A DNA stretch of 32,000 nucleotides from Nostoc sp. PCC 7120 = FACHB-418 (GTDB lineage: Bacteria > Cyanobacteriota > Cyanobacteriia > Cyanobacteriales > Nostocaceae), in assembly GCF_000009705.1 (NCBI RefSeq), contig NC_003272.1:4920001-4952000 (forward strand), read 5' to 3'. Position numbers and translations under genes: made by a program. Under the pieces are notes generated by a model that did not search any database, had not been told where the DNA came from, and was given only the letters and a program-made list of their open reading frames with translations. Below, one piece after another: positions 18,915 through 27,975 of this stretch. Every line of letters starts with the position of its first letter. Position 1 is the stretch's first letter.

Positions 18915-19109
18915 TTATCGTGATTCAGTCCCTTGATTGGGGCTACCAGCGACATCATCTTCACCTGGTGATTCTGGTTTAGCACTTTCTCTAGCGTTAG
19001 ACTCAGCAGCAGTGCCAGTTTTACGAATCTCTTCGTTGAGGGGAGTTTGGTAGCCACCGGAAGCTGTGGTATCTTGACTATTAGACTTTGCTTTTTTCTC
19101 TTCAGACAT
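18915..19109 (-). CDS. Small hydrophilic, probably disordered protein (64 aa)
   Basis: On the minus strand GAAGGAG lies 9 nt upstream of the ATG at 19109. The overlapping 77-aa frame (start 19144) has no SD. The product is rich in S/E/K/T/G/A with no hydrophobic core. No family recognised. Confidence 0.5.
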   Translation of the reverse strand: MSEEKKAKSNSQDTTASGGYQTPLNEEIRKTGTAAESNARESAKPESPGEDDVAGSPNQGTESR

Positions 19110-19576
19110 AACTCTTTACTCCTTCGTTTATTCTTGTCCATCATTTTAATAAAATAATATCGGTGATTTTATCTATCTAAAATCTAGTAATTCCCCTTTT
19201 GGGTCTCTATCGAAAGTATTGTTTAGTATTACTGATGTTTTTTTAAGTCAACCCTCAAAATAAGCGTCTACTACAAAGTAGAGAAAAAACAAAATATTAT
19301 TTTTACGAGTTTTTATAAAATATTTTGTAAATGCTGATCGCCGTACATAATTTTTGCCAAATCATGACAACGTTTGCTTGCTTCTTATCTATCTTGAGGC
19401 TGTAGACAACCAATATAAACTTACATAGAATTAAGCAGAACATTTGCCTAATCAATAAAAGCTTAACAATATTTCGCTCAGTAATTAAATATGGTTCTTA
19501 GAAATCCAAGATACTCCGGACTTTCGTAATTAGTCATCACCAATTATTTATTAAAAATTGAACTGTTTAATTCCCT

Positions 19577-20470
19577 ATGAAAATTTCCCAACTTCGCGCT
19601 GTAGTTGCAGTGGCAGAGCGTGGTAATTTTAGTGAAGCGGCTTTAGAATTACAGCTGACACAGCCGGCGGTTAGTCATGCGATCGCTACCTTGGAAGAAG
19701 AATTGGGTATTCCTTTATTTGCTAGAGGTCGTCATGGCGCTGTATTAACACCAGTCGGAGAGCGAATTTTACATCATATTCGCCAAGCAATGCAGCACTT
19801 AGAAAAGATACAGGAAGAAGCCAGCACCCACAAATGTTTACATGGTGGTCATGTAAGAGTTGCAGCTTTTCGTTGTGTAGCAACTCATCTATTACCAAAA
19901 GCGATCGCTCAATTTCATAACCAATTTCCCGAAGTTGCTGTCACAATCATCGAATGTCTTTCTGATCTTGATGTAGAACAGTGTTTGCGTGAAGGTCGTG
20001 CTGATATAGGTGTCACTTCTTTACCCACTAGTGATGAATTTACAACATGGGAAATTCTCAGAGATGAATATATTGCTTTACTACCACCGAAAGCTAAAGT
20101 TAATAGTTGTCAATTTACTTGGGAAGATATTGCTAGATACTCACCAGTAATAGTGTCTCATTCAGCTTCTGAAAAATCCCTTAATCAAAACCTCAAACAG
20201 TTAGCACCTTTTATCAACACCACCAGTCATATTCCAGAAGAATCGATGATTGTTAACATGGTACATCAAGGATTAACAGCAGCAATTTTGCCTTATTTAG
20301 CAGCAATACCAATTCCCCCAGGCGTACAAGTTCATAGTCTACCAAAACCTATAGAAAAAGTAATTTCTGTAGCTGTCAGTCCTCATTCCCTAAATATTCC
20401 GGCTGTATTTAAATTATTAGAAATGCTTAAGAATTTTGATTTTCCTACTTTAGCCAAATGTCCTTTTTAA
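19577..20470 (+). CDS. LysR-family transcriptional regulator
   Basis: 297-aa ORF. The N-terminal wHTH reads MKISQLRAVVAVAERGNFSEAALELQLTQPAVSHAIATLEEELG, and a LysR substrate-binding-type C-terminus follows. Confidence 0.9.
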   Translation: MKISQLRAVVAVAERGNFSEAALELQLTQPAVSHAIATLEEELGIPLFARGRHGAVLTPVGERILHHIRQAMQHLEKIQEEASTHKCLHGGHVRVAAFRCVATHLLPKAIAQFHNQFPEVAVTIIECLSDLDVEQCLREGRADIGVTSLPTSDEFTTWEILRDEYIALLPPKAKVNSCQFTWEDIARYSPVIVSHSASEKSLNQNLKQLAPFINTTSHIPEESMIVNMVHQGLTAAILPYLAAIPIPPGVQVHSLPKPIEKVISVAVSPHSLNIPAVFKLLEMLKNFDFPTLAKCPF

Positions 20471-20661
20471 TTTGTAATTAACAATTATAAATGACTTCTC
20501 TAAGAGGTTGTTTTAAAAATGGTAAAATGTGACTTTAATAACTTGCTGATCCCCCCTAACCCCCCTTAGAGGGTGATTTTGACACTAGTTATGTAGTATT
20601 TTTGTGTTATTCGTACTTATGGAATTATCCAATGACACATATCTTTCAGCAAGTTTTTAGG

Positions 20662-21369
20662 ATGAAAAAACTCCTCATCCGGCTGATATTGCCTTTTTTG
20701 GCTATCATTCTCGCTGCTTCGCTATCTAGCGCCCCCGCACTAGCTTCAGGAGTGTATCAAATACCAAACCTGACAGCAGGTGATTCTACATGGGTATTAG
20801 ACCAAGGCGATGTAATTAGCCGAATCAATGAAGGTGCAATTAGTAGTAGCTTAGAGGACTTAGCAAAAGAAACAGGTAAGGAAGTCAGATTTGTGACTAT
20901 CCATCGCCTAGACTATGGAGAAACTCCAGAAAGCTTTGCTCAAGCTCTGTTTGAAAAGTGGTTCCCCAGCAAAGAAGCCCAAGCAAATCAAATTTTGTTA
21001 GTACTGGATACAGTGACTAACGGTACCGCCATTATTACTGGAGATGAAGTTAAGCCTTTACTCACAGATACCATTGCCAACAGCGTGGCTGAGGAAACAT
21101 TAGCTGCACCCTTACGAGATGGTAATAAGTATAATCAGGCATTTTTAGATGCCAGCGATCGCCTAGTTGCTGTTCTCTCCGGTCAACCCGATCCCGGCCC
21201 CCCACAAATCGTTGACAAAGTGCAAGTTGAAGGCACATTCAAAAAAGCAGAAGAAACCGACAAAGGTAACGCCACTGCTTGGGTAGTAGGGCTTTTAATT
21301 GCCGCTACCATCATTCCTATGGCAACTTACTACATTTACCTAGCTGTTCAACCATCATCTGAAGGCTAG
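20662..21369 (+). CDS. psb32: TPM-domain protein, Psb32/TLP18.3-like (thylakoid lumen)
   Basis: I start at the ATG at 20662, which gives the signal peptide MKKLLIRLILPFLAIILAASLSSAPALA. A TPM-like core follows (VYQIPNL...WVLDQGDVISR...EVRFVTIHRLDYG), then a C-terminal TM segment. The track start at 20602 is an upstream alternative start codon. Confidence 0.65.
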   Translation: MKKLLIRLILPFLAIILAASLSSAPALASGVYQIPNLTAGDSTWVLDQGDVISRINEGAISSSLEDLAKETGKEVRFVTIHRLDYGETPESFAQALFEKWFPSKEAQANQILLVLDTVTNGTAIITGDEVKPLLTDTIANSVAEETLAAPLRDGNKYNQAFLDASDRLVAVLSGQPDPGPPQIVDKVQVEGTFKKAEETDKGNATAWVVGLLIAATIIPMATYYIYLAVQPSSEG

Positions 21370-21374
21370 GTTTA

Positions 21375-21427
21375 GGAGGCAGGGATTAGGGGAGTAGAGA
21401 GCAGGGGGGAGCAGGGGGGCTGGGGAA
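21375..21427. repeat. G-rich STRR-like tract (GCAGGGG-type units)
   Basis: GGAGGCAGGGATTAGGGGAGTAGAGAGCAGGGGGGAGCAGGGGGGCTGGGGAAG. A related GAGGCAGGGAGTGGGAAGAAGCAGGAG sits at 21954-21980 on the other side of the DUF4346-like gene. Confidence 0.7.
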
Positions 21428-21470
21428 GAATGATTTTCTGATGTTCTAATCCTTACTTATTACTCCCTAC

Positions 21471-21854
21471 TTAATCTTGTACGTACTCTTGCCCTGCTAC
21501 CAAAGCAACTTCAGCACGGACAAATTCACGGCCTAAATAAGCCGCATGATCTAACATAGTTACGGGACAGGGCTGAGTTTCTTCAAAAATTTTGACACAA
21601 AGTTCCTTGGCTGTTCTTCCAGCGAAAACAGTTGTGTAAGTTCTTTCCACCTTCCCTCTAGCAGGAATTACTTTCCCTGTTTCTGGGTCTACCGCTAAAC
21701 CACGTTCGTCAATGATATTTGTAAAATGCTTGGCATAAATCAGGCCAGCAGTTTTATCTATATAGATAATGAAGTATCCGTTCGGGTCAAGGTCAATATG
21801 ACGCTGAGAAAGTTTATTATCAATGGCAGCTAAATCTTCAACTATCAAATCCAT
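21471..21854 (-). CDS. Small conserved protein, DUF4346-like
   Basis: 127-aa ORF. LDPNGYFIIYID near the N-terminus and LDHAAYLGREFVRAEVALVAGQEYVQD at the C-terminus match my recollection of the DUF4346 pattern. Family recall is not verified. Confidence 0.6.
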   Translation of the reverse strand: MDLIVEDLAAIDNKLSQRHIDLDPNGYFIIYIDKTAGLIYAKHFTNIIDERGLAVDPETGKVIPARGKVERTYTTVFAGRTAKELCVKIFEETQPCPVTMLDHAAYLGREFVRAEVALVAGQEYVQD

Positions 21855-22003
21855 AAGCTTTAAAAATTAAATTTCTTTATTCAAGGATTTTACACTCCAT
21901 ATCAAGTGTAAATCTTTATTAGTTACGTGTTACCTGCAATCATCAGTATTTCGAGGCAGGGAGTGGGAAGAAGCAGGAGAAGCAAAAAAGAATAACTATG
22001 AAC

Positions 22004-22031
22004 CAATGACAACTGACAACTGACTAATGAT
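22004..22031. repeat. STRR heptamers (CAATGAC AACTGAC AACTGAC TAATGAT)
   Basis: Read directly. Located just downstream of the stop of the 22035-23210 gene. Confidence 0.8.
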
Positions 22032-22034
22032 TAT

Positions 22035-23210
22035 TTACTTTTGACTAAAAGGTAACTCTGCATTGATAGCTGCAATTTCCTGCTCTTCTAATTGATTCAC
22101 TTCACTAATGTAGGGACTGAGAATTTGTCCTAGACGATTATTATAAAAGCGATGGAGACTATAATTAGGTGCAGCAGGGAAACCGCGACGTTTTTTATGT
22201 CTTCCGCCAGCGCCAGGATCAAAACTTTGAATACCATTAGCGATCGCCCACTCAATTGGTGCATAATAGCAAGCATCAAAATGTAAGCAATCAATTTCTT
22301 GAAAACTGCCCCAATAACGACCATATAAGCGATCGTCCTTAAACAAACAAAAAGACATACCTAGAGGCTGGCGAGGATCTTGCTCGTGATAAGCAGGGAA
22401 AAACACAACCCGATGGCGATAGTTATGGTGTAACTGCTCAAAAAATTGCTTTGTTAGATACTTGCTACCCCACCAACCAAACTTGTCACAAGTATCAGCA
22501 TAAAACTGATACATCAAGGGAAATAGAGACTTAGGGATGGCATCACCCACCACGGCTTGCAGTTGTAAACCCTCCTTTTCTACAGCTTTACGTTCGCGCT
22601 TAATATTACGACGCTGATTAGCATTGAACACCGTCAAGTAATCATCAAAATTTTGAAACCCTGAATTTTCCCAAATAAAACTATGGTGCAACCAAGCTGT
22701 AAACCCTTGTTTTTCTAATACTGGTTGCCATTGGGGATCAACATAGAGAAAATGGCAACTAGAAATATTATGTTTGACACAGAAAGAGTCAATTTCATGC
22801 ACCATCATGGCAGTAATTTCCTCTTCATCTTCCCCATCGGCAATTAAAAAGCGATAACCTTCGGCAGGTGTAAATGGTGTCATACCCAAAAGTTTGGGAT
22901 AGTACTGCACACCGATACGTTCGGCTAACTCTGCCCACTGATGATCGAAAACAAACTCACCATAGCTATGTCCTTTAATATACAGTGGAGCCACAGCAAT
23001 CAATGTTCTATCTCGCCACAGTGTCAAGTGATTTGGTAACCAACCAGTTTTAGCTGTAGCACTGTGAGAAGTTTCCAAATTATTCAGCCAATCCCACTCC
23101 AAAAAAGGAGTTTTAAGTGGTAAGGCTAAAGCATCCCAAGCATCTTGGGGTACTTCAGCTATTTTGTTAATCCAAACGCTGGAATAGCGAGGCTTGAGTT
23201 GTTCAACCAT
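22035..23210 (-). CDS. FemAB-like / GNAT-fold acyltransferase family protein (DUF482 / COG3146 type)
   Basis: 391-aa ORF. The length and the blocks FLEWDWL..LE.S, GHSYGEFVFDHQWA and FDPGAGGRHK fit this family. Confidence 0.7.
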   Translation of the reverse strand: MVEQLKPRYSSVWINKIAEVPQDAWDALALPLKTPFLEWDWLNNLETSHSATAKTGWLPNHLTLWRDRTLIAVAPLYIKGHSYGEFVFDHQWAELAERIGVQYYPKLLGMTPFTPAEGYRFLIADGEDEEEITAMMVHEIDSFCVKHNISSCHFLYVDPQWQPVLEKQGFTAWLHHSFIWENSGFQNFDDYLTVFNANQRRNIKRERKAVEKEGLQLQAVVGDAIPKSLFPLMYQFYADTCDKFGWWGSKYLTKQFFEQLHHNYRHRVVFFPAYHEQDPRQPLGMSFCLFKDDRLYGRYWGSFQEIDCLHFDACYYAPIEWAIANGIQSFDPGAGGRHKKRRGFPAAPNYSLHRFYNNRLGQILSPYISEVNQLEEQEIAAINAELPFSQK

Positions 23211-23213
23211 ATA

Positions 23214-23300
23214 TGGGGATTGGGGATTGGGGACAAAAAAGTAAAAAGTAAAAAGTAAAAAGGTAAAAGTTTTTTCTTTTGACTTTTGCCTTTTGCCTTG
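23214..23300. repeat. STRR block (GGGGATT x3, AAAAGTA x3-5, TTTTGCC-type units)
   Basis: Read directly: GGGGATTGGGGATTGGGGAC, then AAAAGTAAAAAGTAAAAAGTAAAAAGGTAAAAG, then CTTTTGACTTTTGCCTTTTGCC. It starts 4 nt upstream of the start codon at 23210. Confidence 0.85.
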
Positions 23301-23339
23301 GACTGGGGACTAGATAGACTAACGACCAATTTAATTCAT

Positions 23340-24023
23340 CTACCGTTGTAGCCGATAGTGGAGAAAAACTTCGTGTGCCACTTTTTTTACTTCCAAAAGT
23401 TGAAGATGGGGAGCTAATTGTGATGTGAATCCTTTACCATCCACGGGTGTGGGTGCAGTCACACCGCCTAAAATTAATGGACAGACAGTAAGCCAAAATT
23501 CATCTATTAAATCTAATTCCAGCATAGAAGCTATTAATGCGCCCCCACCTAATACTAACAATCGTGCTATTTGTAGTGATGTTAGTTGCTCTATGGCTGT
23601 GATAGTGTCGATTTCTCCTGTTGGAGTTTCAAAAACCATAATGCGCTCAAATTCCGAGCGTCCTTGCCAAAAATTCTGGCCTAAGGTTGTTGTAACTAAC
23701 CAACGCCTGATTGGCTGCTGAAAAAACCTAATTTCCGGATTGAGGTTAGCAGAATGTGTAATCACTATATGAATCGGTTGGTCAGGCTTGCCTTGCTGTT
23801 GGCGTTGTTGCAGCAGAACTGTATCTGATACGGTCAGTGTTGTACCATAAGCTCGGAGAGTGCCAGCACCTATTAAAACGGCATCAGAGGCAGCAATTTG
23901 TTGTTCCAAGTGTGTTTTATCGACACTGGTACCAAATCTAGCAGGCGATCGCCTAAAATCTGCTATCTTGCCATCTGCACTCATTGCCAAAACTACTGTG
24001 GTATGAGGACGGTGTTGCACCAT
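23340..24023 (-). CDS. RibD C-terminal-domain reductase (diaminohydroxyphosphoribosylaminopyrimidine reductase-like)
   Basis: 227-aa ORF with the blocks TVVLAMSADGKIA, AVLIGAGTLRAYG and LLVLGGGALIASML, typical of the RibD_C / DHFR-like fold. Confidence 0.75.
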   Translation of the reverse strand: MVQHRPHTTVVLAMSADGKIADFRRSPARFGTSVDKTHLEQQIAASDAVLIGAGTLRAYGTTLTVSDTVLLQQRQQQGKPDQPIHIVITHSANLNPEIRFFQQPIRRWLVTTTLGQNFWQGRSEFERIMVFETPTGEIDTITAIEQLTSLQIARLLVLGGGALIASMLELDLIDEFWLTVCPLILGGVTAPTPVDGKGFTSQLAPHLQLLEVKKVAHEVFLHYRLQR

Positions 24024-24718
24024 AAGGTTGGTTTGATCGTCGGAAATGATGCCAGAAACAAAAGTATCATAACTTTACATAAACGCTTAAATAATCTGTA
24101 AGCTGTTTAAATTTTGCAGTTTCCCTTCCTGGGTAGGTGCAAGCTTAGGGACTTCTATACCATAAATTATTCAATCACGTTTTCTGTCTTCCCTCGGCTC
24201 CCCGCGCCCTGTCCCTTACCTGCATAAAGTTGGGAACAAGATGAGATATTTTTGAATGGGAAGCCCCTTACCCGTAAGATATTTTGTCACTTGGTACTGG
24301 ATCTGTATGCAGCACAAGTCTCCACTACATCTACTTTGCTTAAGTTTTTGTATATTACGTTGCTTTTTGTATATTAAATATTTGATACTTTTATTTCCTG
24401 ATAACAAATTTATGATAACTTCATAAATGTCTCCTTTAGCTAGTTTAATTGCCCGTGTTTTCTGTTGTAATGTGCAGTTGCGAAGTGAGACACTAGATGC
24501 CTAGTAACGGTCAATCATCCTTTCGACGTATTTTAGTAACCAGGATTTTGCTCTTGTTTGTCCCGGTGTTGTTTGTTGGACAGATAGCGGCGTTGAATAA
24601 GGCACGCTCTAGCTTACTAAAAACTGCGCGACAGAATCTTACGAGCCGTGAAGCGTAAAGCCCCCGTATTTTTAATCGGGGGATATAAGCGAATGACCGA
24701 ATTTATTCGGTCGTAACA

Positions 24719-24727
24719 TGGTATAAT
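24719..24727 (+). promoter_or_regulatory. Candidate extended -10 promoter for tnpB
   Basis: TGgTATAAT sits at 24719-24727, 25 nt upstream of the tnpB ATG. No convincing -35 box. Sequence match only. Confidence 0.35.
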
Positions 24728-24751
24728 TACGTCAGAGAGTTTGACGTAAAA

Positions 24752-25960
24752 ATGCTAGTATTTGAGACAAAACTTGAAGGAACAAACGAGCAGTATCAAT
24801 TGCTGGATGAGGCGATTAAAACTGCTCGTTTTGTCCGCAATGCTTGCCTCCGGTACTGGATGGACAACCAAAACATCGGCAGGTATGATTTGAGTGCTTA
24901 TTGCGCTGTCCTTGCTGCCAATGAAAACTTTCCGTTCGTTGCCAAACTCAACTCTATGGCTCGACAAGCTTCTGCTGAAAGAGCGTGGAGTGCAATTGCT
25001 CGGTTTTTTGACAATTGCAAGCAAAACAAAACCGGGAAGAAAGGTTATCCACGCTTTAAAAAAGAACAGACGCATGGGAGTGTTGAGTATAAAACTAGCG
25101 GCTGGAAGCTTAGTAGTGACCGTCGTTATGTCACTTTTAGCGACGGATTTAAAGCAGGAACTTTCAAACTCTGGGGAACTCGTGACTTGCATTTCTACCA
25201 GTTGAAACAGTTCAAGAGGGTGCGGGTTGTGCGTCGTGCCGATGGGTACTACGCGCAGTTTTGCATTGACCAAGAGCGAGTAGAAAGGCGAGAACCAACG
25301 CTTAAAACTATTGGGCTGGATGTGGGATTGAACCATTTCTTGACCGATAGCGAAGGCAATACAGTTGAGAACCCTAGACACTTGCGTAAAAGCGAAAAGT
25401 CTCTCAAGAGATTGCAACGCAGATTGTCTAAAACCAAGAAGGGTTCTAACAACAGAGTCAAGGCAAGAAATCGCTTGAGTAGAAAACACCTTAAAGTAAG
25501 TAGGCAGCGTAAAGACTTCGCCGTAAAGTTGGCGAGGTGCGTAGTCCAGTCTAGCGACTTGGTAGCCTATGAGGATTTGCAGGTGCGGAACATGGTCAGG
25601 AATAGACATCTTGCCAAGTCGATTAGTGATGCAGCGTGGACGCAGTTTCGGCAATGGGTTGAGTATTTCGGCAAAGTGTTTGGTGTAGTGACTGTTGCAG
25701 TCCCACCCCATCACACTTCGCAGAATTGTTCCAACTGTGGCGAAGTAGTGAAAAAGTCGCTGAGTACAAGAACTCATGCTTGCCCTCACTGTGGACATAT
25801 TCAAGACAGGGATTGGAACGCTGCACGGAACATACTTGAACTAGGACTACGTACTGTGGGACACACAGGATCTCAAGTCTCTGGAGATATCGACCTCTGT
25901 TTGGGTGAGGTAACTCCTCCAAATAAGTCGAGTCGTGGAAAGAGAAAGCCCAAGAAGTGA
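24752..25960 (+). CDS. tnpB: TnpB (IS605 OrfB family RNA-guided endonuclease)
   Basis: 402-aa ORF. The RuvC-like triad context is intact: IGLDVG (D), VAYEDL (E) and DRDWNAARNI (D). Zinc ribbon: CSNCG-x15-CPHCG. An Arg/Lys-rich central region is present. Confidence 0.9.
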   Translation: MLVFETKLEGTNEQYQLLDEAIKTARFVRNACLRYWMDNQNIGRYDLSAYCAVLAANENFPFVAKLNSMARQASAERAWSAIARFFDNCKQNKTGKKGYPRFKKEQTHGSVEYKTSGWKLSSDRRYVTFSDGFKAGTFKLWGTRDLHFYQLKQFKRVRVVRRADGYYAQFCIDQERVERREPTLKTIGLDVGLNHFLTDSEGNTVENPRHLRKSEKSLKRLQRRLSKTKKGSNNRVKARNRLSRKHLKVSRQRKDFAVKLARCVVQSSDLVAYEDLQVRNMVRNRHLAKSISDAAWTQFRQWVEYFGKVFGVVTVAVPPHHTSQNCSNCGEVVKKSLSTRTHACPHCGHIQDRDWNAARNILELGLRTVGHTGSQVSGDIDLCLGEVTPPNKSSRGKRKPKK

Positions 25961-26017
25961 TTCTTGGAATCCCCCGTTTTCTAAACGGGGGAGGATGTCA
26001 AAGAAAGTGCTGTCATT
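25830..26017 (+). ncRNA. Predicted omega/right-end RNA of TnpB (scaffold to 26001, guide from flanking 26002 onward)
   Basis: Inferred from established TnpB biology: the guide RNA derives from the tnpB 3' end plus the RE and reads into flanking DNA. The only structure I see directly is the RE hairpin at 25971-25991. The 5' boundary is a guess. Confidence 0.35.
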
Positions 26018-27975
26018 AGAGGAGAGAGAATTCTTAATGCGATCGCCACTCTTAAAACCAACTTACTAACTGCCAGTCGCACAACAGTTGTACAGTCTGG
26101 TTCTCCAGAGGAAATAGAAGCATTTCTCACACAGCTAGTACAAGCACTACCCAACTACATTGAATGCTTACAACTAATTAATTGGCAAAATGGTGAAATC
26201 GTTGCCAGTAGCTGCGGTAAAAAAGAAATTACTCAATTTGGCCCATTTCTACCAACTGATAGTGTGGAACTGAGAAGCATCGCTCCCCCAAAACCTGGAG
26301 TAACAGGCCCACCTAATCCTCAAGAGCAATTACAATTGCTACTCACAGCCCCCGTATATGATAATTCCGGGAAATTGCAATATGCTTTAAATCTTCAGTC
26401 AGCATTGTATAAACAAACTCGTAATCAACCAGGTTCACTCACTGGTTCCACCATAGTCATTGCTGAAGATGGGACGATATTAGCTCATCCATTACCTGAT
26501 TTAGTGGGAACTAATATCAAAGAACACTCAGATGCAAAGCAAGTACAAAGCATCATCAAAAATGCAATTGCAGGACGTAATGAGCCAATCAATTTAATTT
26601 TCAATAATAAAAAAGAATTAGTAGCAGGTTATACAGTAATTGACAGTCCCACAAGCATAAAGCCACAGCAGAAATGGATAGTCATGTCTGTGACAACTGT
26701 AGAAAATGCTCTATTTGGCTTAGAAGAAATCAAACTCATCCTAATTGTTTTAACAGTTGGTTTAATTGGTGCAAGTTTAGTAGCATCTTTGTATCTAGCG
26801 CCTTACCTAGCTAGCCCTGTGGAAGAATTGCGCGATTATGCTTTAAACATTCATAGCCACCACACCTCTAGACGAGTCCCTGATAACTTCAAGATTCGCG
26901 AGTTTAACCAACTAGCCCAAGCAATAGACCAAATGGTTGATAGGCTTAAAGTTTGGTCAGAAGAAATAGAGACTGCATGGAAAGACGCAAAAAGTGCTAA
27001 TCAAGTTAAAAGTCAGTTTTTAGCTACCACTTCTCACGAATTACGCAACCCATTAAATATTATTATCAACTGCGTACGTTTAGTTAAAGATGGTTTGTGT
27101 GATAATCGAGAGGAAGAAATAGAATTTCTTCAGCGTGCTGATGAAACAGCTATACATTTACTAGGAATTATTAACGAACTACTCGATATTTCTAAGATTG
27201 AAGCTGGGAAACTTTCTGTAGTTAGCCAACCTTTAGATTTACGACAAACACTTTTAGAAGTAATCAATTTACAGTCAGTTAATGTTCAACAAAAAGGCCT
27301 GCAACTGAAAACCAACTTAGGCACAGAACCCATTCCCGTCAAGGCGGATGCAGCTAAATTAAAACAGGTATTAATTAATATAATTGGTAATGCTACTAAA
27401 TTCACCGATGAAGGTGGTATTAGTATTGCGACAACCATTCAAACTCGAATTGAGGGTAAATCGCAAGTGATGGTTAGTATTACAGATACCGGCTTAGGGA
27501 TTGAACCTGCTCAACAACATAAACTATTCCGTCCCTTTGTGATGGTGAATGGTAGCACTACACGAAAGTTTGAGGGTACAGGCTTGGGTTTAGCCATTTC
27601 ACGAAACTTAATTGAACTCATGGGTGGTACTATCACTTTGGAGAGTGCTGGTATAAATCAAGGTACGACAGTTAATATTACTTTGCCATTGATTGATATC
27701 TCTTTATTAGGTTTATCAGCCACAGATAATAATATTAAAAACCAGAAAAATTTAGAAGAAGATGAGGAAATTAAGGGAACTGATTCTTTCTCCTCTAACC
27801 ATCCAGAAGCAATACCTCTAGAGTGTAATGAAAACTACGGCTCTAAAAAAACAAAGTTAGAAGAAGAGTATATTGATCTAGAGCGGGTTAATCTTTTTAT
27901 GATGCGTAATTCGTAATTGATTTTGTGATGTGGATAAGCTTTCGTATTGTAGTAGTTGTGTAAATTATTATAAAT

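Larger units (their letters stand above)
24643..26001 (+). mobile_element. TnpB-only IS200/IS605-family element (IS1341-like, no tnpA), 1359 bp
   Basis: The element lies directly 3' of TTAC (24639-24642) and ends in TCAA (25998-26001), as IS608 does. The LE hairpin CCCCCG/CGGGGG (24661-24682) starts 18 nt inside the left end. The RE hairpin CCCCCGTTT/AAACGGGGG (25971-25991) ends 10 nt from the right end. No HIP1 site inside. Confidence 0.8.
24497..27916 (+). pseudogene. Sensor histidine kinase (TM - Cache-like - TM - HAMP-like - HisKA - HATPase) interrupted by a TnpB element
   Basis: The 5' fragment 24497-24642 encodes MPSNGQSSFRRILVTRILLLFVPVLFVGQIAALNKARSSLLKTARQNLT. The 3' fragment 26002-27916 continues in the same frame as ESAVIRGERILNAIATLKTNLL... 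Joining 24642 to 26002 gives an uninterrupted 686-codon frame. H-box: SHELRNPLN. The blocks NIIGNATKFT, DTGLGI and GTGLGLAIS are present. Confidence 0.8.

Noticed and set aside
18911-19144. 77-aa alternative frame overlapping the small hydrophilic ORF
   Set aside because: There is no Shine-Dalgarno before its ATG, whereas the 64-aa frame has GAAGGAG at the right spacing. I kept only the 64-aa call, and at low confidence.
24216-24407. 63-aa minus-strand ORF upstream of the kinase gene (and similarly the 66-aa ORF at 4702-4902)
   Set aside because: Both sit in AT-rich promoter regions. Their products are Lys/Ile/Leu-rich and of low complexity, with no RBS. They are probably chance ORFs.
25995-26072. 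ATG at 25995 in the right end of the IS as a restart codon that would rescue the downstream kinase fragment
   Set aside because: It is out of frame with the kinase (25 codons, then a stop). The first in-frame start-like codon is the GTG at 26264, which would lack the N-terminal TM segment and part of the sensor domain.
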